Shown here one piece after another: positions 1 through 12,900 of a DNA stretch of 64,000 nt; the first letter of the stretch is position 1, and each line of letters starts with the position of its first letter. This DNA is from Octopus vulgaris. Taxonomy: Eukaryota. The translations under genes were made by a program, and so were the position numbers. The stretch is taken from positions 128,216,001 to 128,280,000 of the forward strand of contig OX597815.1 in assembly GCA_951406725.2 (NCBI GenBank), read 5' to 3'. Below the pieces are notes generated by a model. It was given only the letters and a program-made list of their open reading frames with translations. It made no database searches and had not been told where the DNA came from.

Positions 1-786
1 TTAAAGATGTTTGCTTTTAGAGAGATTATGTGTATACATGAGTGACTGATAGGATGTGTGTGTTGAGTTGGTAAAAAATATTAATTTAAGACAACATACT
101 CCAACAGGTGCATCACTTCGTCTGTTGTTGGAGTATCACAGTCGGAATGTTCATATGCATTTCATATATTTAATTATCATGTATGAATCCCAGTCAAGGT
201 TTCCAAGTGTGTCAAAATTAAAGTCATGACTAATGAGTTCATTAATAAGAAATGGAATCCTGCATGTATATATGTAAGCAGGCAAGTATGATATATCTAT
301 GTCCATATGTACATCATGCATATAATTATTGTATTACATCCAGCAGGGATTTCTTGCATTTCAGAAATTAATGAGTCACAACTAATGATTTTATTAACAA
401 GGAAAAGAACTGAATACAAAAAATAATAATATCAGGCTAATTTCCAAAGATATTTCATAACCTATCTTCCCAATTTCATGGCCATAAACTTCAAAAAAGA
501 AAAAAAAGAAGAAAAAAAAATCAAATGAAAGAAGAGTTAAGAAACTGGTAAAACATCATCAAAATTAAGCAAGTGTTAATAATGTTAATTAGACTAATGT
601 AAATGGGTAGATTTTATAAATATATATATATATACTAAATGCAACAAACATGGAATGCTAAATTCAAATGTATATCATGAAACAAAAATAAGATTAATAA
701 AGAAATGTTGCTACACATTAAACTGTAGTATAATTTCATATATGCATGTATATATATATATATGCATGTATGTATATATATATATA

Positions 787-1127
787 TGCTGAGACCCCCT
801 TCAGTCATGACTGACCATGGGATTGCACCTAGAAAGTTACTCTCCCAGGCACAAGTCTGGGCAAGTTTGTTTTATGGAAGACCACCACTTGCCCATGCAT
901 ACGAATCCCCCCTCTCCACGCCATCGATGTTATCCAAGGGAAAGGCAAAAGCCGATACAGCTCAGCACCAGTGATATCACAATTCATTTCTTCAGCTGAG
1001 TGAACTGGAGCAACGTGAAATAAAGTGTCTTGCTCAAGAACAAAACACACAGCCCGGTCCAGGATTTGAACTCACAACCTCATGATTGTAAGCTCGATGC
1101 TCTAGCCACTGAGCCATACACCTTCAC
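787..1127 (-). mobile_element. tRNA-derived SINE
   Basis: Minus-strand A box TGGCTCAGTGG and B box GTTCAAATCC, then CTTGAGCAAGACACTTTATTTCACGTTGCTCCAG core; flanked by (TA)n. Confidence 0.8.
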
Positions 1128-1214
1128 ATATATATATTTTTTTATATGTTTCAGCCCTTAGGTTGAGGCCATGCTCGAGCACCACCAGTGTAATCACCTT
1201 TTCAATAGCCAATC

Positions 1215-2090
1215 TTACGTGATTGGCTTTTGGTAAAGGATAGGATTTGATACAGCTGTGCTCTTTTGAGTTTCTTGCCATGATATAGTTTCATCTGGGA
1301 CCTTGGATAACAGGAGTTGTTTCTTGAAAACATCTACTCCTACTTCATGAAGATCCCTCAGATGTTTTGGCAAGGCATTAAATCGCTGTGAGCCCTTGAA
1401 TACCAAGCTATTGCAATGCATAGTCCTCACTCTAGATGGGATAGCTGGGAGCCTTGGAACAGTGCAGCGACATCCATTTGGTGGATGGTATAGCTCTTGA
1501 CACCAAAGTTTGATACCAGCCCCTCTAGGATCTTCTATACATAAATTACTGCATACCTCTCTCATCTTCACTCCAAGGAGTAGAGTCATAGCTCTTTCAG
1601 TCTCTCTCAGTAGCTCAGCTGTTCCATTGATGTCATCTTCCTGATATAGCACTGCTGAACTACCTTAAGTTCCACTATCAATTTGACACTGTAGGGTGAT
1701 CACAGTTGAGAGCAGTAGTCCACTCCATAGAACCAGCATAGTTTCCTGGTCACTTGTTCTGAAGGTTCTCAGAATCAATCTGGCCAGACACCAGCACACT
1801 GACACCATCTTGGTGATATGTACCTGAAATAAGGCATCGTTGCTTATATCAATCCCCAGATCACACACTGTATGTGACTCTGGAATTGTTGCTCCTTTTG
1901 GTCCAAAATATCATTGTTGCAATTGGAATGCCCATTAGCTGGTAGCGTAAAGACTTAAATTTACCTACATTAAATTACGTTTTCTTCAGCCCATTTATAT
2001 ATCTTTCTGTAGATTAGCATCAGAAGGTTTGTTGACTGTTTGTACTACTTTTGTGTCATCAGCATAGCTAGTAAGTGCAGCTGCCTGTGT
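1215..2090 (-). mobile_element. Degenerate CR1/L2-like LINE RT C-terminal fragment
   Basis: LTSYADDTKV (about 2045-2075), DLGIDIS, ILRTFRTSDQETMLVLW and NSLVFKGSQRFNALPKHLRDL..VDVFKKQL; broken by stops and frameshifts. Confidence 0.8.
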
Positions 2091-2292
2091 AATTGATGGC
2101 ATGTTTGAATATATATATGCAAATGCATATATATATATATATATGCATGCATATATCTATATACCTATATATGCGCACACACACACACATATATACATCT
2201 ATATATCTATATGCGTATGTGTATGTATGTATGTATGTATGTATGTATATATATATATATATAAAATTAAATAAAGTATTATTACCATTATC

Positions 2293-2325
<33 letters not shown>

Positions 2326-2828
2326 GTACCCAACAAGTTTAACCTATATAGGTACAATATACAAATGAATGGAGTAGGGTATTAAAATACCACTTGCTAG
2401 AAAGAGGAGTTAACACTCCAAAACCACAAATTCATATATACATATCATCATCATTTAAGGTCTGCTTTCCATGCTGGCATGACTTGGACGGTTTGGCAGG
2501 AGCTGTCTAGGCAAAAGATTGCACCAGACTTCTGTGTCTGCTCTCGTATGGTTTTTATGGTTGGATGCCCTTTCTAACATCAACCAGCCACCCACAGAGT
2601 GGACTTAGTGCTTTTTTACATGGCGAGGTCAGTTTTGGCATGGTTTTTACAGCTGGATGCACTTCCAGATGCCAACCATTTTATAGTGTGGGGTAGATGC
2701 TTTTTATGTGGCACTGGCACTTGCAGGATCACCAAGTAACTTGCATCATCATCATCATTTAACATCCGTTTTCCATGATAGCACGGGTTGGACGGGAAGT
2801 ACAGGTTATATATATGTGTGTGTGTGTG

Positions 2829-3138
2829 GAGGTGCAATGGCCCAGTGGTTAGGGCAGCAGACTCGTGGTTGTAGAATCGCAGTTTCGATTCCCAGACCGG
2901 GCGTTGTGAGTGCTTATTGAGCAAAAACACCTAAAGCTCCACGAGGCTCCAGCAGGGGGTAGTGGCAATCCTTGCTGTACTCTTTCGCCACAACTTTCTT
3001 TTACTCTTTCTTCTGTTGGCCTGCTCGCTTAGCCAGCTGGGTGTCATCATTTGAAGGCTAAAACAATGCAAAGTGCATTGTGACCAGCAATGTGTAGCAA
3101 CATCTGATAGCCTGGTCGGTCACGGTGATCACGGTGAT
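2829..3138 (+). mobile_element. tRNA-derived SINE
   Basis: A box TGGCCCAGTGG, B box GTTTCGATTCC, tail with repeated TCACGGTGA. Confidence 0.78.
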
Positions 3139-3152
3139 ATATATATATACGA

Positions 3153-4779
3153 CTCTCTGAGAGTGAAAGGTAGACTATGATGCTTTTGTGCAAATGGCTG
3201 TACTTCATGGTAGTGAGACATGGGCACTGAATGCAGAAGACATGCATAGACTGGAGAGAAATGAAGGTTAGTATGCTCCATTCAATGTGCAACATCAGTG
3301 TGCATGTAAGACAAAGTGCAAACGTATTGAGAGAAAAGTTGGGCATAAAAAGAATCAAATGTAGTATGCAAGAGAGAAAACTACATTGATCTGAATATGT
3401 GGTGCATATGAATGAAGACAGCTGTATAAAGAAGTGCCGATCACTAAAAGTGGATGGTACCTGCAGAAGTGGGAGACCCAGGAAGACATGGGATGAAGTG
3501 GTAAGGACTGATCTCAGTATGTTGGGCCTCACAGAGGAAATGACCAATTGGCTGAGATGTCTGGCTATATGAAGTTCTTGAGAAGTCCCACCCATGTCAG
3601 CAAAACTGATTTCCAGAAGTGCTGTGTTCCATCCACACATAAGAGAACTTTTCACACACCCTTCCCCAACAAACCAAACTACATTTCTACATCTCTTCCT
3701 CACATTTCCTCTTTCATACACTATGCTTACCTGCCACACTCCATCCTGTCCTCTTGGCACTGTTTCACTGCATCATTGCTATCCACTAGCCCACCAACCT
3801 GTGTGTTCCACCCACACATAACAGAAAAACTCTTCACACATTCTATCCCAAATAACCAAACTACATCTTTACATTTCTTCTTTTCCTTGCATTTCCTCCT
3901 CCATGCACTATGCTTACCCATCACTCCCCAACCCTGTCCTCACAGCCCTGTTTCTTTGTATCACAGCTACCGGTGCCCCCCCCCCCCCCCACATACTGCT
4001 ATATACTTAGTTTTTCACCATTCACTGCATTTCCCTTCCCCATTTTCAACTCATACTTCTTTGGCAATGTCTTTCCACTTATATTATGACCTTCGAACCT
4101 CAAGATTATGCACCATAATATCTCTCTCTTCTGCTATTCAACCATCCCATTAATACCCTGATCCCCATCCCTTGTGAGTATGCCTAGCACTCTGTCACCA
4201 TCTCTATCCTACTGTTTCCCATGTTCTCTCTCTCTTTTGCTCTTCCCTCAGGTTAAGTAACCATGTATCTCCTTTACAGCAGCACACCTGTTTTTGTCAT
4301 CATTCCTGAGCTCACTTTCTTTCTATCTCTCTCTCTCTCTAGCAGGGTAATCTTGTACCTCCTCTACAGCAAGACACCTGCTTCTGTCTCTTTCTGTCTC
4401 ACTATAACCATTCATCAGCTGACACAAGATCACTTCCTCCAATGTCTCCACCCCGCTTAAAAGACTTTTGTCTTGCAAAGTTACTTGGTGACCCTGTCAG
4501 TGCAGGTGCCACTCAAAAAGTGCCCAATCCATGCTGTAAAGTGGTTGGTGTTTGGAAGGGCATCCAGCTGTAAAAACCTTGCCAAAACTGACCTCACCTG
4601 TGCTTGTGCCTTGCAAAAAGCATTAAGTTCACTCTGCTGAGTGGTTGGTATTAGGAAGGACACCCAGCTGTAAAAACCCTGTCAAAACAGACACAGAAGT
4701 CAAGTGCACTTCTGTCTGGCCATCTCCTGTCAAACCATCCTATCCATGCAAGCATGGAAGGCGACATTAAATGATGATG
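3153..4779 (+). mobile_element. Older RTE LINE 3' end (degenerate thumb region plus long pyrimidine-rich 3'UTR)
   Basis: Degenerate SLRVKGRL, HGSETWAL and GRPRKTWDEVV; ends in the shared tail ...GCATGGAAGGCGACATTAAATGATGATG. Confidence 0.8.
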
Positions 4780-4784
4780 TCTAT

Positions 4785-5105
4785 GAAGGTGTATGGCTTA
4801 GTTTTAGGGTAATCAGTTTACAATTGTAAGGTTGTGAGTTCAATTCCCAATGGCACATTGTGTCTTTGAGCAAGACATTTTATTTCATGTTGCTCCAGTC
4901 CACTGAGATGGCAAAAATGAGTAGTACCTATAATTCAAAGGGCCAACCTCGTCCCACTTGGTGTCATGCAGAATCACCTTGAGAACTACATTAAGGGTAC
5001 ATGAGCCTGTGGAGAGCCCAGCTTTTTGCACTTTGATTTCACAAGCAGGCTGTTCTGTTGCTCAGATAAACTAGAACCCTCATTATAACAGATGGAGTGC
5101 CAGTT
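4785..5105 (+). mobile_element. tRNA-derived SINE (related to 787-1127)
   Basis: GAAGGTGTATGGCTTAG...GTTCAATTCC...TTGAGCAAGACATTTTATTTCATGTTGCTCCAG. Confidence 0.72.
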
Positions 5106-5302
5106 GTATCTACCTGACTGGCTCCTGTGCCAGTGGCATGTTAAAAGCACCCACTACACTCTTGGAGTGGTTGGCATTAGGAAGGACATCCAGCTGTAGA
5201 AACATTGCCCGATCAGACTGGAGCCTGGTGTGGCCTCCTGGCTTGCCAGTCTCCAGTCAGACCATCCAACCCATGCCAGCATGGAAAACGGATGTGCGAT
5301 GA

Positions 5303-5341
<39 letters not shown>

Positions 5342-5372
5342 TGCATATGAGATTTGGTCAATGAGTATCTGA

Positions 5373-5716
5373 ACTGCGTGGCATCTTGGGCAAGTGTCTT
5401 CTGCTATAGCCCCGGGCCGACCAAAGCCTTGTGAGTGGATTTGGTAGACGGAAACTGAAAGAAGCCTGTCGTATATATGTATATATATATATATAAGTGT
5501 GTGTGTGTGTCTGTGTTTGTCCCCCTAGCATTGCTTGACAACCGATGCTGGTGTGTTTACGTCCCCGTCACTTAGCGGTTCGGCAAAAGACCCCGATAGA
5601 ATAAGTACTGGGCTTACAAAGAATAAGTCCCGGTGTCGATTTGCTCGACTAAAGGCGGTGCTCCAGCATGGCCGCAGTCAAATGACTGAAACAAGTAAAC
5701 AAGAGAGTAAACGAGT
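5373..5716 (+). mobile_element. Abundant SINE family, young 5'-truncated copy
   Basis: CTTGGGCAAGTGTCTTCT..GCCTTGTGAGTGGATTTGGTAGACGGAAACTGAAAGAAG + (TA)/(TG) + ..CAGCATGGCCGCAGTCAAATGACTGAAACAAGTA; related copies at about 10993-11150, 31820-31990, 38727-38860, 53830-54320 and 59020-59200 (+), and 43760-44100 (-). Confidence 0.85.
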
Positions 5717-5735
5717 ATATGCATATATGTATATA

Positions 5736-6808
5736 TGAGGGGGTGCTGAAAAGTTCCTGGCTTTAAGGATATTGTGAAAGAGTAGAGCTGTTACATTTAC
5801 AGGGGAGATAAGACAACTATTGATAAGATATGCAAACAATCGATGGTATACAATATATTTTTCTCTTTTTTGCAGATTCAACGCAGGATGGCAGCTCCTA
5901 CAGTGGAATTTGGTAAAATTGAAGTACGAATAGTCATGAAGTTCCTCTTTTGGCAGGGCAAAGGAGTTGTGGAAATCCATGGTGAGATGAAGGAAGTCTT
6001 GAAGGATGGCTGCCCATCATACTCCACTGTGAAAATCTGGGTGTCAATTTTTCAGGCTGGTCATTTCAAGGTCACAGATGAACCCCAGTCAGGACAGCCA
6101 GCTTCTGCAACCACAGAGGGCAAAGCTGATGCTGTGCATATCATAATTTTCAAGGACTGCCGGGTTTCAGCTAGAGTCATCAAAGGTGATTTTGGACCAA
6201 TTTGCAGCAGGAGAGGTTGATTTTAGGACTCGTTTAGTCACCATGGATGATACTTGGTTTCATCATTATGATCCCCAAACCAAGGGCTTTCAGACCCAGA
6301 AGTCAGCTGGAAAGATTTTGGCCTCAGTGTTCTGGAACAAAGATGGAATACTCCTCATAAAATACCTGCCAGGAGTTGCACCACCAATGCAGAATACTAC
6401 AGGTCTCTGTTGGACAAACTGTGTGAAGCTTTCAAGCAGAAATACTGTGGGAAGCTGAAATGTGGTGTCGTTTTTGCATGACAATACACCAGCACACACA
6501 GCACATGAAACTATGTAAAATACATGACTTTGGCTTTGAATTGGTAGACCACCCACCTTACTCTCCTGATTTACCCACCACAAAGTAAAGAAACATCTGA
6601 AAGAAATGAAATTTCACTCTGATGCAAAAGTGCTGCTACAGAAGTCTGGTTGTAGGTCCTTTCTTCTGAGTTCTTTTACAGAAAAACTGAAGGACTGCTG
6701 CTATAAATATATGAATCTGAGAGAGAAATACGCTGAATAAAATCATAATTAACTGATCTTCCTGTATTTTCTTTTACTCAAAGCCAGGAACTTTGCAGCA
6801 CCCCCTTG
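5736..6808 (+). mobile_element. Mariner (Tc1/mariner) DNA transposon, defective
   Basis: ~29-bp TIRs (T/C)GAGGGGGTGCTG(A/C)AAAGTTCCTGGCTTT, TA TSD at 5734-5735 and 6809-6810; transposase remnants PSYSTVKIW..F..G...DEPQSGQP, VTMDDTWFHHYDP, LHDNTPAH and HPPYSPDL, with frameshifts and deletions. Confidence 0.93.
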
Positions 6809-7857
6809 TAACTATGTGAATATGCATAATTGTTGTTTGTTTTGTTGTTTCAATTTTTTTTCTTTTAAGATATAGATGAACACTAAGCAATGTGAAGTAA
6901 ACCCAACCATTGCCAAAAAATAAGCATCAATCAATTATAATTAATAACAGTAAATAATAATGTAATTCATAAAGCAGATTAAATTTGTATAAATAAAATA
7001 TATAAACAGAAATATAAATACATACACAATTAAAAAAATCTCAAAATTACACATGATTAGTGCAAGCACTTATAGGCTATGTACTTGCAAACTAATTCTA
7101 TTATGAAAGGCTAATGGTCTAAAAGACGTTTTAGCCATTATGAACTCATTCAGCTTAGTTAATATAAAATATATTTAAATTGAAGTTATACCTGTTGTCA
7201 TTTTCATTGATGCATAAATATCTTATCAAGGATCAGCTATAACATGTGTTACCCAAAATATAGTCCCTCATATTTTCAATTAAAAAATTTGTAAAATTAT
7301 ATGCAATTATTTCTTTAAAGACAGCTTAATACTTAAAGTAATAATGAAAAAACAAAAATTTAATTGCATTAATATTTATTTGGAACCAAAAACTGTTTGT
7401 AAATTTCTTACAGCTTTAACGTGACAGCAATAATTTCAGATTTTTTTTACTTGCCACATGTGAAAAGTATTAAATTTATAAAGTAATTTATGGAAAAAAA
7501 TTCAAGCAAAAAAAAAAAAAGAACCCCACAAAATCCTAAATAGACACTCAAGTATGAAATGTCATGTTTCACATAAAAAAAAAAAAAAACAGGTAAATGT
7601 GGATGAAAATTCAGGTGAGTAAATATCTTAAGATAAATCATATAAGCCCAATTTTTTATCAAAAAAATAGAAACTTTTTAAAAATTCCAAATTTTTTAAA
7701 GATATTAAAGTAGAAAGCTGAAATATCCAGAAATATAAATTTCTCTCTTTTTTTTTTTAATTACATTTTCCAGCAAATATCCAAATTTATTCCATATAGC
7801 TAATAAACAATTAACTCTCAGATGTCAAATAAGCACAAGAAACAAAATTTATCTTAC

Positions 7858-7922
7858 CTGTTGATAAGGGTTATAAGCTTGTGCCTGAGGTGGTTGTTGC
7901 TGTTGTGGTGGTTGTTGTTGTG

Positions 7923-7954
<32 letters not shown>

Positions 7955-8174
7955 GGGTTTGCTGGATAATTAAAATTTTGAATTGGTTGATTGGTTTGAT
8001 TAGTAGAACCAAAAGGACTAAGAGCTGAAGATGGTTGCTGTTGGGGAAATTGCTGTCCTGGCATCGTTGGTCCAGAAAACTGCTGCTGTGGTGGTAGTTG
8101 TTGTTGTTGTTGTTGTTGTTGTTGCTGTGGTTGTGAAGGTTGCAGTTGTTGGGTTGATTGCTGTGCTTGATAAC
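7858..8174 (-). CDS. TFG: TFG coding exon 6 (P/Q-rich low-complexity region with two Q10 tracts)
   Basis: 317 nt, attattag|GT TAT CAA GCA...TAT CAA CAG|GTAAGA; open frame compatible with a phase-1 join; composition typical of the TFG PQ-rich tail. Assigned by frame and composition, not by strong homology. Confidence 0.82.
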
Positions 8175-8266
8175 CTAATAATAGAAGTATGAATCACAAG
8201 GGTAGTATTAGAAATCTTTTGTCAAAACTTGAACTTAAGAAAAACAACAAATGACAAAAAAATTAA

Positions 8267-8447
8267 CCTTTTTGCTACCATATTTATCGAAATACACTGT
8301 TTTTGTCTCAATTAATTTTGAAAATAATGAAAAACTTGGTAAAATAACCATCATTTGCTATATAAACAAAAATTTTTGACAGAAGATTTTAATTCAGATG
8401 ACTTTAAATGAAATAGATTTATCTCAGGTGGATTGGTATCAAAATGG
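8267..8447. mobile_element. piggyBac-like MITE
   Basis: TTAA|CCTTTTTGCTACCA...TGGTATCAAAATGG|TTAA: TTAA TSD and short TIR; a second copy lies at 37983-38195. Confidence 0.7.
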
Positions 8448-9776
8448 TTAATGAAGATTTTCACTATATAACCATTTGTGCCAAAACTTATTTGAAACAA
8501 TAATAGGGAAAAACAGTGTTAAATCTAAAAGATAGACAAGAGCCAGCCATTGAAGAATTTCAACCAGTAGTATCAAGCAAATAGATTTAAGGATAATAAA
8601 ATTAAAAAGGAAGAAGAAAAGATATGAATGAAAGACATCCAATAGTAAGATAGATGGTTCTGCAAAACTGAATATTTACATTTGAATGGATGATACAAAT
8701 ATAGCAACTGAACAGCTTTGGTCATCTCTGAGCAGATTTTATAGACGGAAAGATAGCCAATCAAACACTTCAAAGGTCAAAGCAGTCTTGGGGTCACCCT
8801 GGACAGAAATTCTGCATCTACTTAACAGTCAAATGTGTTTATGTACAAAAAAGTTTGGTAGCTGCCACCAAAGAGAATGGAAAATTGTATGACTAATTCA
8901 GGAGTGTCAAACTTGTTTGGTTTTGCAAGCAGGACTGAAGCCTTAACTATATCCTTCAGAGTTTTATTCCTAAAACCGTATTCATAATACAGGCCAAAGT
9001 AAATGGACAAAGGAATCATTATAGATCATAACAATAGTAACAATAAAGAACAGAAAGAATATGAGGCATTAGCAAAATCCCTTAGAGTGGGAATGGGGGT
9101 ATAAATAGTACAAATAAATGCAGAGTTCTTCAAAAGACCAGTGTGGCAGAAAGCTTACTGTCTTAACTGCAAAAACTTTCAATATTGTTCATGTCACTAG
9201 AAACTATTTGAATGAACAAAGTGAACATGACTGAAGGTGACATGTATAGACAAAGTGAAGGGGAAATATGTTGCATCAATTGGTATTTGGATTTGTAAAC
9301 TTCTTTTCTATTGGTTGAAATAAAAAAAATTTCCTTAAGATGTGGGGCACTTCTTTACCCAGCTGTTCTCATCCATACCAGCACATTTTGTCTCTTTTGC
9401 ACACCACATCTGATGCCACTTATGTTCATTTTTTCTCTCAAGACATGCTCTGTTGCTCATGCACAATGACATTGCACATCCAGCAAATAATAATAATGAT
9501 GATAATAATAACAATAATAAAAATATTAATAATAATAATATCAAATCCAAATGACACAAAATCATAAGCAGCAGCAAGTGTAGTTAATTGTGTCGATCCC
9601 AGTATTTGCTTGGTTAGTTATTTTATCAACTCAGGAAACACAAAATGTACAGTCAGCCTTCATGTAATGAAACTAATGAAGATATCAGGGAGTCTTTTGG
9701 GGGGGGGGTGACTGAATGTTCTCTCTAAAGTATTTTTACTTCAGAATAAAAATACATGTAGAAGTTGGCTAATGTG

Positions 9777-9960
9777 TGTATAGTAGAACAAGTAGAAAGA
9801 TAAATTTTTCAGTGTGTAAATACTGATAGAACAGCATATATAGGATAAAATCCTTTCAGAGCAGAAAAGTTTGTCAGCAACCAGCCTTTTATCTTATGTA
9901 TGCTATTCTATCAGTATTTACGTGTTGAAAAATATATCTTTCTACTTGTTCTACAATACA
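9777..9960. repeat. 74-bp-arm imperfect palindrome (MITE-like hairpin) in a TFG intron
   Basis: Arms 9777-9850 and 9887-9960; 9 mismatches by my count, no gaps; 36-nt loop. Confidence 0.85.
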
Positions 9961-12900
9961 TTTCAACGCTTCAAAAACAAACTTGCTTGTTTACATATGG
10001 TGTAACGTATGTATAATTTTCTTCTCTCCTTTTTCAACTGGGGTAACCATATATCTTAACAGCAAGGCACCTATATCTGTTCCTCTATCATAATTTAAAC
10101 TCATCTCCCACAAAACCACCCCTCAATATTACACCCTTTTCAGTTGAGGGTTTTTGTCTTGTGAGTTATTTGGTGACCTCACTAGTGCCAATGCCACATA
10201 AAAAAACACTTAATACACTCAGTGAAATGGTTGGCATTAAGAAGGACATACAGTTTCAAAAACCATGCAAAAGCAAGCATTGGAGCTTGGCAGGGTCCTC
10301 TAGCACATCAGCTCTTGTCAAACTGACCAACCCATGCCAGCATGGAAAACAGATATTAAATGGTGATGACGATGATGAATAAATCTCATTTTTACACGAA
10401 GAGGTGACATTTCAAACTAAGAAAACTCCTTATTAAATTGAAAGGAGTGGGCAGTTAGAGGTGAAACTTTTCCAAAAATGCTCTCATTGAAGTTTAGCAT
10501 GCACATTACTAAACTTCATGTTTATTTCAGTACATATGTCCACTAGATAAAATAACTAGTAAAAGAGAAGGAAGAGGGGCAAATGCAACAACAGGGGAGA
10601 AAGAATAGAAAAGATGGATATGTTATCACAAGGAGAGATTGGTTATAATATTAAACTGAACCATTTGATAAATACAAAATAATGGATGGTGGTGATACTA
10701 GATCTTCATATGCCTGTCTATTACCTTCTTTTGATGTCATTATAGTTGTACTCCTATTTTGATGTTATTTATAGACGAGTTATTAATACATATAGAAAAA
10801 GAAACATTGAACATAGTATCAGGAGAGATGCACTGCTGTCACTTCATAATTCTAGTTTGTTAATTATCAATTGCATGCAGTCATGTTGCATGCACTCAAG
10901 ATTCATAAAGAAATGGTTAAATATCAACATTCCACTCAAACATAGGAAAAAAAGTCTCTTCAGCATTCTTTCAAAAAGGAACTTTCTCAAAACAGGTGCA
11001 GACATGGCTATGTGGTTAAGGAGCTCACTCTGCAAATGATGTGGTTTAGGGTTCAGTCCCACTGTGCAACACCTTGGGCAAGTGTCTTCCACTATAGCCT
11101 CAGGCCAAGTAATGCCTTGTAAGTGAATTTAATAGACAGAAACTCATAGTGTGTATGTGTATGTGTCTCTCTCTCCTTCTCTCTAATCACCTGCACTGTT
11201 TGAAAACAGTCCATTTTTATAATTATTGCATGGATCAGACAGTATTTGTTTAGGCAGGTTTCCTACATTTGGCTGCCCTTCTGTTACCAACTGTCACCTG
11301 TTTCCAAGCAGGATAATATTCCCTGGTAGCTGGACATGTTTTAACAGAAGATATGAAACATACAACATCATTTGTATGATGGTGCCACTCATTTGAAACT
11401 ATCATGTCAAGTCAAGACAAAGACACTCATGTATATGCACGTGTGTATGTGTATGTATGTGTGCATGCGTGCATATACAAGATCCACTCACAAAACTGTA
11501 GTTAGCCTGAGACTAAAATGGAAGATACATGCCACAAAGTGGTGTTAAACCTGAAACCATACGGTTACAAAACAAACTTCTTAACCACCCATATTTCTCA
11601 GAAAGATTACTATCTATGAGGCCATTATTTTAACTTCTATTAATCAAAGTGCTCTAATTAGTTTTCCTATACATGAGTTCTGGTTAAAATTGATTTACAA
11701 CTTTCAACCTATGTCCACCAATCTGCAACCTTTTTTATTTTTCTTCCTTTTGAACTTTTGATAGTGATATTTCTCAAATAACATGTGTAGAGTGCCTGAA
11801 TACAAGAGTATATTTAATCAATTTCTGTTTTATTCCAATGTCAGAGAATTTATCAAATGTTTAGTTGTTGTTCAGTTGTAATTATCCTTCTAAAATATTT
11901 TTAAAGGTTTCAAGATATGTATAAATATATCAAACATATAAAGTCACAACTGAAACACGCTAATCAGGAGGCATTTCCTTATTAACTTGTTTTACAAGTG
12001 AACAATGTTTTAATAAGATTTATACCCACAAAACCACTTTCTAACATCATACATCATAAAATATTCAATATAACCTTATATTTTCCTTTTTCAATTTGAA
12101 TTTATATTCAGCCTGTTCAAACAAATTTGTCAAATTTCAACTAGTATTTATGTATAAAACAAAAATTAGTCTGTTTTCAGAGATAAAGAAATTCTGTAAC
12201 ACTACAAATAACAAATATTGTTATAAAAAAACATCTCAAAAGGATGACATAAATTAAAAGCTAGTAACACACATAGCACATCCAAAAAAATCTACCACAT
12301 ACATATGTGCACACATGCCAACACCACAGATTCTTTTGAAAAATTAAAGAATTATTTTTGAGCAAATAAAAACAGGCAGGAATTTACTCTTTTCACCAAA
12401 TCATCAATTGTGTATTCCTTAATACTGTAGCCAAAACTGAAAAGAGTATCCTACATAGAAGTATTTATCAATTTTGGTCAGTCTTTATATGACCTGAAAA
12501 ATACCTAATCTTCCATACTGAGCAAGTACACTGATCCTCTGCTCTGGATTCTGGCAATTCCCTCATATATATGAGACTATTTTCGAGTGCTATTCTCAAT
12601 GGATCTGCATACCATTTACATGTGAAATGGTTCTGATCTTTGTATCTACTATCATATATCCTGCCTCCAAATATAGCTCCATTTAACAGTTAAGATTGTT
12701 GAACCAAATAGCATATTTTGCTAATAAATTTCATTTACTGACCAATTATATAAAAAATAAACCTATATTTTGAATCTACAAAGACCAGGCATTCCATTGA
12801 AGTACTAAGGATTTCTGTACAACTAGAAAAGAACACAAGAAAACATTTTGGAAAAGTTAATTACATACTTTAATAAAGTATATCTTATTGAAACAGAAAG

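Noticed and set aside
96-136. 11-bp stem ATACTCCAACA/TGTTGGAGTAT with a 19-nt loop
   Set aside because: Short and isolated, with no supporting context; could arise by chance.
2093-2368. ORFs rich in Y/I/H/T/C/V (also the 63191-63853 N-part, 48995-49186 and 51683-51889)
   Set aside because: Translations of (TA)n/(CA)n/(AAT)n microsatellites.
2829-2900. tRNA-like sequences with A and B boxes (also about 1055-1125)
   Set aside because: No complete cloverleaf, and they continue into SINE bodies, so they are called SINE heads, not tRNA genes.
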